Assembly: GCA_038867615.1 (NCBI GenBank)
Contig: JAWBYA010000003.1
Coordinates: 205,034 to 269,033, forward strand
Direction: 5' to 3'
DNA length: 64,000 bases
DNA from: Sulfolobales archaeon
GTDB taxonomy: Archaea; Thermoproteota; Thermoprotei_A; Sulfolobales; AG1
Below the pieces are notes generated by a model that worked only from the letters and a program-made list of their open reading frames with translations, ran no database searches and was not told where the DNA came from. Position 1 is the first letter of the stretch, and each line of letters starts with the position of its first letter. This document shows positions 60,099 through 64,000 of this stretch, piece after piece. A program made the position numbers and the translations under genes.

Positions 60099-61274
60099 TT
60101 GACGAAAAAGATACTCATATTGGGTGGCGGGACAGGAGGTTTAATGGCTTCTAAAGAGCTTAGAGAGATTCTCGGAGATGAGGTCGAGATCACCGTTATT
60201 GATAGAAGAAAATACACAGATTTCAGGCCTTCTTACCTCTACGTTATGATGGGTTATAGGGAGCCCCACGAGATCTCAGCTCCTCTCGAGCTTCTCAACA
60301 AATTTGGTGTTAGGTTTGTTAACGATGAGGTTACTGCTATAGATGCTCCGAACAGGGTTGTTAGAACCAAGAGTGGGGCTAGCTATAAATATGACTATCT
60401 ACTCGTCTCGCTTGGTGCTGAGGTAAGAGAAGATCTGGTTCCTGGGGGTCCTTTCCCCCACCCGTGGGAGCTGAATAGTGCTCTTGAGACTAGAAAGGCT
60501 ATTATGGAGTTTAAGAAGGGGAAGATCGTTGTTGCTGTCCATAGCACGCCCTATAGATGCCCTCCAGCACCGTGGGAGACTGCTCTCCTGCTTGACTTCT
60601 ACTATAGCGGGCTTGGTAAGAGGGGCGAGGTTGATATAACTATGGTTCATCCTTTCAAGAGACCTTTCGAGAACTTCGGTCCTTTGGCAGCTAAGATGAT
60701 GGAGGGTATGATGGCTGAGAGGAAGATCGGTTGGGTTGGTGTTGGTAAGAACCCAGCGATCGAGAGTATAGATAGGAATTCGAAGACTATTGTTGCAAGT
60801 AATGGTGAGAAGATCAAGTATGATATGCTTATACTCATACCGCCTCATAAGCCGCCTAAGGCTGTTGCTGAGTCAGAGATCTCAGACCCCTCGACAGGCT
60901 GGGCTAAGCCGCAGCCACCAACTATGAGGACTAAGTATGATGATGTATATGCTGTGGGCGACGTGGCTGCTCCGAGCCTTAAGCTGGGTATGGCTGGGGT
61001 TATACTGCACTCATATATAAAATACCCTCTAGCATCGATAATTAGCGATATTAAGGGTAGCTATATATCCAAGGACTTCAGGGTGTTTGGATCCTGTGTA
61101 TTAGATGTAGGAGGCTTTGGCATGGCTGCTGCCTGTGACTTCACAGACCTAGTGCTTGGCAAGGCTGCCTATCCAAACTGCATGTTCCTCCCACCAACGA
61201 GCTTCTCAAGGGTCTTTAAGGAGATGTTCGAGAAACAATACTTCTCATGGTTATTATCCTATGTTCCCAGGTGA
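60099..61274 (+). CDS. FAD-dependent oxidoreductase, sulfide:quinone oxidoreductase/FCSD-like
   Basis: ILGGGTGG, YDYLLVSLG, YRCPPAPWE, LIPPH and YAVGD motifs. TTG 60099 follows GGAGG. Confidence 0.85.
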   Translation: MTKKILILGGGTGGLMASKELREILGDEVEITVIDRRKYTDFRPSYLYVMMGYREPHEISAPLELLNKFGVRFVNDEVTAIDAPNRVVRTKSGASYKYDYLLVSLGAEVREDLVPGGPFPHPWELNSALETRKAIMEFKKGKIVVAVHSTPYRCPPAPWETALLLDFYYSGLGKRGEVDITMVHPFKRPFENFGPLAAKMMEGMMAERKIGWVGVGKNPAIESIDRNSKTIVASNGEKIKYDMLILIPPHKPPKAVAESEISDPSTGWAKPQPPTMRTKYDDVYAVGDVAAPSLKLGMAGVILHSYIKYPLASIISDIKGSYISKDFRVFGSCVLDVGGFGMAAACDFTDLVLGKAAYPNCMFLPPTSFSRVFKEMFEKQYFSWLLSYVPR

Positions 61275-61696
61275 TGAGCATGTCCCAGCCCCAGGTTGAG
61301 CAAATAAGCATAGAAGATCTAGCACGAGAGGTTAGAGAGCTACGCAAAATAGTCGAAGATCTTGTGGTCAAGCTAACACCACTAGCAGTGATCCTAGAGA
61401 AACTACCAGACCTAATGACAGACCCAATGCTATTCAAAAGCGTAGCACCAGCCCTAGCAATCCCATACGCACTAGAAAGAGCCAATGTTAACATGATGGG
61501 GGCAGCAATGGTTGGAGGGATCGAGTGCCTAAGCAGATCTCTAGAGAACATAGCATCAAAGGATCAAATACCAGAACTATCGATCATGAAGCTACTAACA
61601 GACAAAGAACTAAAAAGATCCCTAGGAATGCTCATGGAGCTACTCAAAACAACAATGCCATGCATCCATAAGAATCTAAGAGAAATGCAAGCCTAG
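61274..61696 (+). CDS. DUF1641-like protein
   Basis: C-terminal LSIMKLLTDKELKRSLG pattern; start overlaps the stop of the SQR-like gene. Confidence 0.65.
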   Translation: MSMSQPQVEQISIEDLAREVRELRKIVEDLVVKLTPLAVILEKLPDLMTDPMLFKSVAPALAIPYALERANVNMMGAAMVGGIECLSRSLENIASKDQIPELSIMKLLTDKELKRSLGMLMELLKTTMPCIHKNLREMQA

Positions 61697-62173
61697 AGAA
61701 GACTAATTAGCTATATAACATCATACTCTTTTTTCCACTTTTACTAGCACTTATGGAAAGGATCCTATGTGTGGTCGTAACGGTTCAGCTTTTGTTGATG
61801 ATATCTTATATCGACTACCCGTTCTCTTGGTTTCATTTACCTCAGGGCTCCTTTAATGGGGATTCCTATCGTTGATCTTCATCGGTTCAATGTGATTCCG
61901 ACCCGCAGTTTCTCTTCATAGCTAGCCTCTGACTTATCGCTGTAGGGAACCCTGCACTGTGGCTCTTTTCCTTTAACTTACTGCTTGAGTCTTTGTGAAA
62001 TATATCGTGGTCTGATATACATGCCAACCTGCTTCAGCTTATAATCACGTGCTCTCAATAGAGCTATGGATTCAATATCAATCCACTATGAGATCCTAAC
62101 AGACAGCCATGACGGGATCATCGCTATTGAATGTAACTACGGTAGAGATCATTATGGGTTTGGTATTTGCCAG

Positions 62174-62217
62174 TGCGGCGGCCGGGATTTGAACCCGGGA
62201 TTTCCGGCTCGGAAGGC
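62174..62217 (-). repeat. 3' fragment of tRNA-Gly(TCC), 44 bp; probable att site
   Basis: Minus strand reads GCCTTCCGAGCCGGAAATCCCGGGTTCAAATCCCGGCCGCCGCA: anticodon loop, T-arm and 3' acceptor strand. No D-arm or 5' acceptor strand upstream. Confidence 0.85.
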
Positions 62218-62410
62218 TTGTATCTGGTGTGGGGATCCTTCCGATCGATCTTCATGGTTGGAAGGTTATGTGAGGCTTTCGATGTATGTCTATGTGAATC
62301 TGTTTGTGATCTGCTTGGGTTGGGAGGATTCTCAACATATATCTCTCCACACCATAGATTTTGGTTCTTGGAGCCCTATATTTATCTTTACAACTAAAAA
62401 CCTCGTTTTT

Positions 62411-62803
62411 TTACCCTTGATCTGCTATCTCGATTAGAACCCTAACCCTTGTCCTCGTTCTATGTAGGGCTTTCCAGAGGTGGTTGTGGGATGGTGGTAG
62501 GGCTATGATGCATCTAGCCCTACCCTTCTCAGTCCTTCCCGAGATTGCTATCCTTATATCTCCTAGGTATATCGTGTTGCTCATAAGGCTTGCCGATGCC
62601 CCCAGCTCCCTCACAAGCCCATATAGATCCTCCCTATCTATCTCTAGATAGCCCCTGAGCCTCCTACCCCTCAGCGATAGCCACAGACCATCCATCCTCG
62701 ATGGGAGGAGAACCACATACCTCTCAAAACCCCACAGAGAAACCCTCCTAACACCAGCATCAACAACCCTACTCACAGAGAAACCCAGCATATCGGAACC
62801 CAT
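62411..62803 (-). CDS. Small basic protein with two internal repeats, possibly AbrB-like swapped-hairpin DNA-binding
   Basis: RYVVLLPSRMDGLWLSLRGRRLRGYLEI aligns with RCIIALPPSHNHLWKALHRTRTRVRVLIEI. ATG 62803 follows GGTGGGGG. Confidence 0.6.
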   Translation of the reverse strand: MGSDMLGFSVSRVVDAGVRRVSLWGFERYVVLLPSRMDGLWLSLRGRRLRGYLEIDREDLYGLVRELGASASLMSNTIYLGDIRIAISGRTEKGRARCIIALPPSHNHLWKALHRTRTRVRVLIEIADQG

Positions 62804-62838
62804 TTCCCCCACCACAAGATATGTTGAAAAATAATTCT

Positions 62839-63999
62839 CTATCTGCTGGACTGCAGGCTTGCTATTGGTATTACAAGGATCCTCATCGAGGCGAAAAGCT
62901 CGACATAGTGCCAAGCGTTTGTGCTTGCAGCGTTTCTCAATGTTATATCGCTTGATAGTGTGATATATGCCTGCCCGAGGCTGAGGCTCCCACTATATGT
63001 CTCTATATCACCCTGTGCAAGCGATATCGGCGATAGCGGTACCTGCCCCTGCCTGAAGTCGCTATATGATATAGATATTGGACTGTTATCCCTCCTACCG
63101 TTTATAATTACATATGAGTCTATGATGCCCACCTGGATCCTGCCTCCTCCATAGAGGGTTGGCTGGGTTGGGAGCTTTGGGAGGGATACCTCGTAGTATG
63201 CTGTGCCAGCTATGAGGGGTGTTGAGGATGAGATCCTCAGCCATATATCCCTCGAAAGCGCCCTGGGATCCCACTTCGTGTTGATCCACAGCTTTACAGA
63301 GACATTCAGGATCATCTCAGCCTGCCCGTTCTGAAGAGGATATATCCTGTAGCTAATGTTGGAGCCTGCATCGGAGATAGAGAGAACCCTATCACATGCC
63401 GTAGCACCCCAGCTATATCCAGCACAGCCATACCTAGTTTCCTGAGCCACGAGCCTGCTATAGCCATCATAGACGGTAGCGGAATGCCATGTTTCATAGC
63501 ATCCGCCATATCCACACCCACCGTATGGATGTGCTATTGTGTACCAAGCTATTCTGGGAACTACCCAGTAGTACCAGTACTGCCAAATATACGCTGTCTG
63601 ATATACAGGTATTATATCTCCTGTAACGACTAGACGTGAGTATCCGCTCTGAGAACTGTATATAGTGTTCTGCCTCATATCGCCTTGTCCATATTCAGCA
63701 CCCCTCACAAGGGCTATTGAGAGATCCTGATATGGATAGCTATATGAGACCCCCGAGAGAACATCATTGTAATATCCATAGTAGTAGTTTGTACAGAAAT
63801 AATCCCTATACTCAGAGCTAACAGGGCTATACGAGGGATGACCAACAAAATACCACCATGAGGATGGAGCATATGACCAGCAGTACCAACAGCCATAGCA
63901 TTGATTATTCCACCACCAGCAGCAGGAAATGTAATACCAGCTGCAGCAGTACCACCAGCAGTAGGATCCGTAGAGCCGGTCGCTTGGTGTGTATCCTTC
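62839..63999 (-). CDS. C-terminal part (at least 386 aa) of a large Cys/Trp/Tyr-rich protein; 5' end outside the window
   Basis: The frame of ORF 62839..63708 stays open to the window edge: EGYTPSDRLYGSYCWWYCCSWYYISCCWWWNNQCYGCWYCWSYAPSSWWYF... Confidence 0.75.
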   Translation of the reverse strand, partial: EGYTPSDRLYGSYCWWYCCSWYYISCCWWWNNQCYGCWYCWSYAPSSWWYFVGHPSYSPVSSEYRDYFCTNYYYGYYNDVLSGVSYSYPYQDLSIALVRGAEYGQGDMRQNTIYSSQSGYSRLVVTGDIIPVYQTAYIWQYWYYWVVPRIAWYTIAHPYGGCGYGGCYETWHSATVYDGYSRLVAQETRYGCAGYSWGATACDRVLSISDAGSNISYRIYPLQNGQAEMILNVSVKLWINTKWDPRALSRDIWLRISSSTPLIAGTAYYEVSLPKLPTQPTLYGGGRIQVGIIDSYVIINGRRDNSPISISYSDFRQGQVPLSPISLAQGDIETYSGSLSLGQAYITLSSDITLRNAASTNAWHYVELFASMRILVIPIASLQSSR

Positions 64000-64000
64000 C

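Larger units (their letters stand above)
62174..64000. mobile_element. Left end of a probable tRNA-integrated element (provirus or integrative plasmid); continues past the window
   Basis: The orientation of the partial tRNA places the element on its right. The ORFs there are unrecognisable and virus/plasmid-like. No integrase is visible in the window. Confidence 0.6.

Noticed and set aside
63860-63970. Diversity-generating retroelement variable repeat
   Set aside because: No reverse transcriptase or template repeat is present in the window, and the codon pattern is TGN/TAY rather than AAY-derived. It cannot be excluded beyond the window edge.
1-64000. CRISPR array, cas genes, rRNA, RNase P RNA or SRP RNA
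   Set aside because: No regularly spaced repeats or signature sequences were seen on reading the intergenic regions.

Overview
This is a gene-dense window from a thermophilic crenarchaeal (Thermoproteota, Desulfurococcales/Sulfolobales-like) chromosome. The assignment rests on cdvABC, rps30e, eIF5A, SRP54, topoisomerase VI, FBP aldolase/phosphatase and intron-containing tRNAs. Most of the window is housekeeping or metabolic: an oligopeptide-type ABC operon, ppsA, fbp-tpiA, tmcA-ychF, a GH38 mannosidase, CopA with a YHS chaperone, SufS, an HdrD-like pair and an SQR-like/DUF1641 pair. It has five complete tRNA genes, three with introns, and at least two clear box C/D sRNAs. The main observations are: (1) several genes (trmJ, a TauE transporter, a DUF350 protein missed by the ORF track) have no ATG/GTG/TTG where the protein should begin, only ATC, ATA or ACG behind a ribosome-binding site; (2) one C/D guide is perfectly complementary to the tRNA-Leu(GAG) in this window and predicts Um44; (3) a 44-bp tRNA-Gly(TCC) 3' fragment marks the left end of a probable integrated element, whose truncated large ORF has an extreme Cys/Trp/Tyr-rich segment; (4) twin palindromes flank the TATA box of an AAA+/DUF4143 ATPase gene; (5) tRNA-Thr and tRNA-Met share a near-identical intron; (6) an unassigned K-turn-like RNA lies upstream of fbp; (7) there is an internally deleted IS. 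All calls are by eye; no database searches were run.
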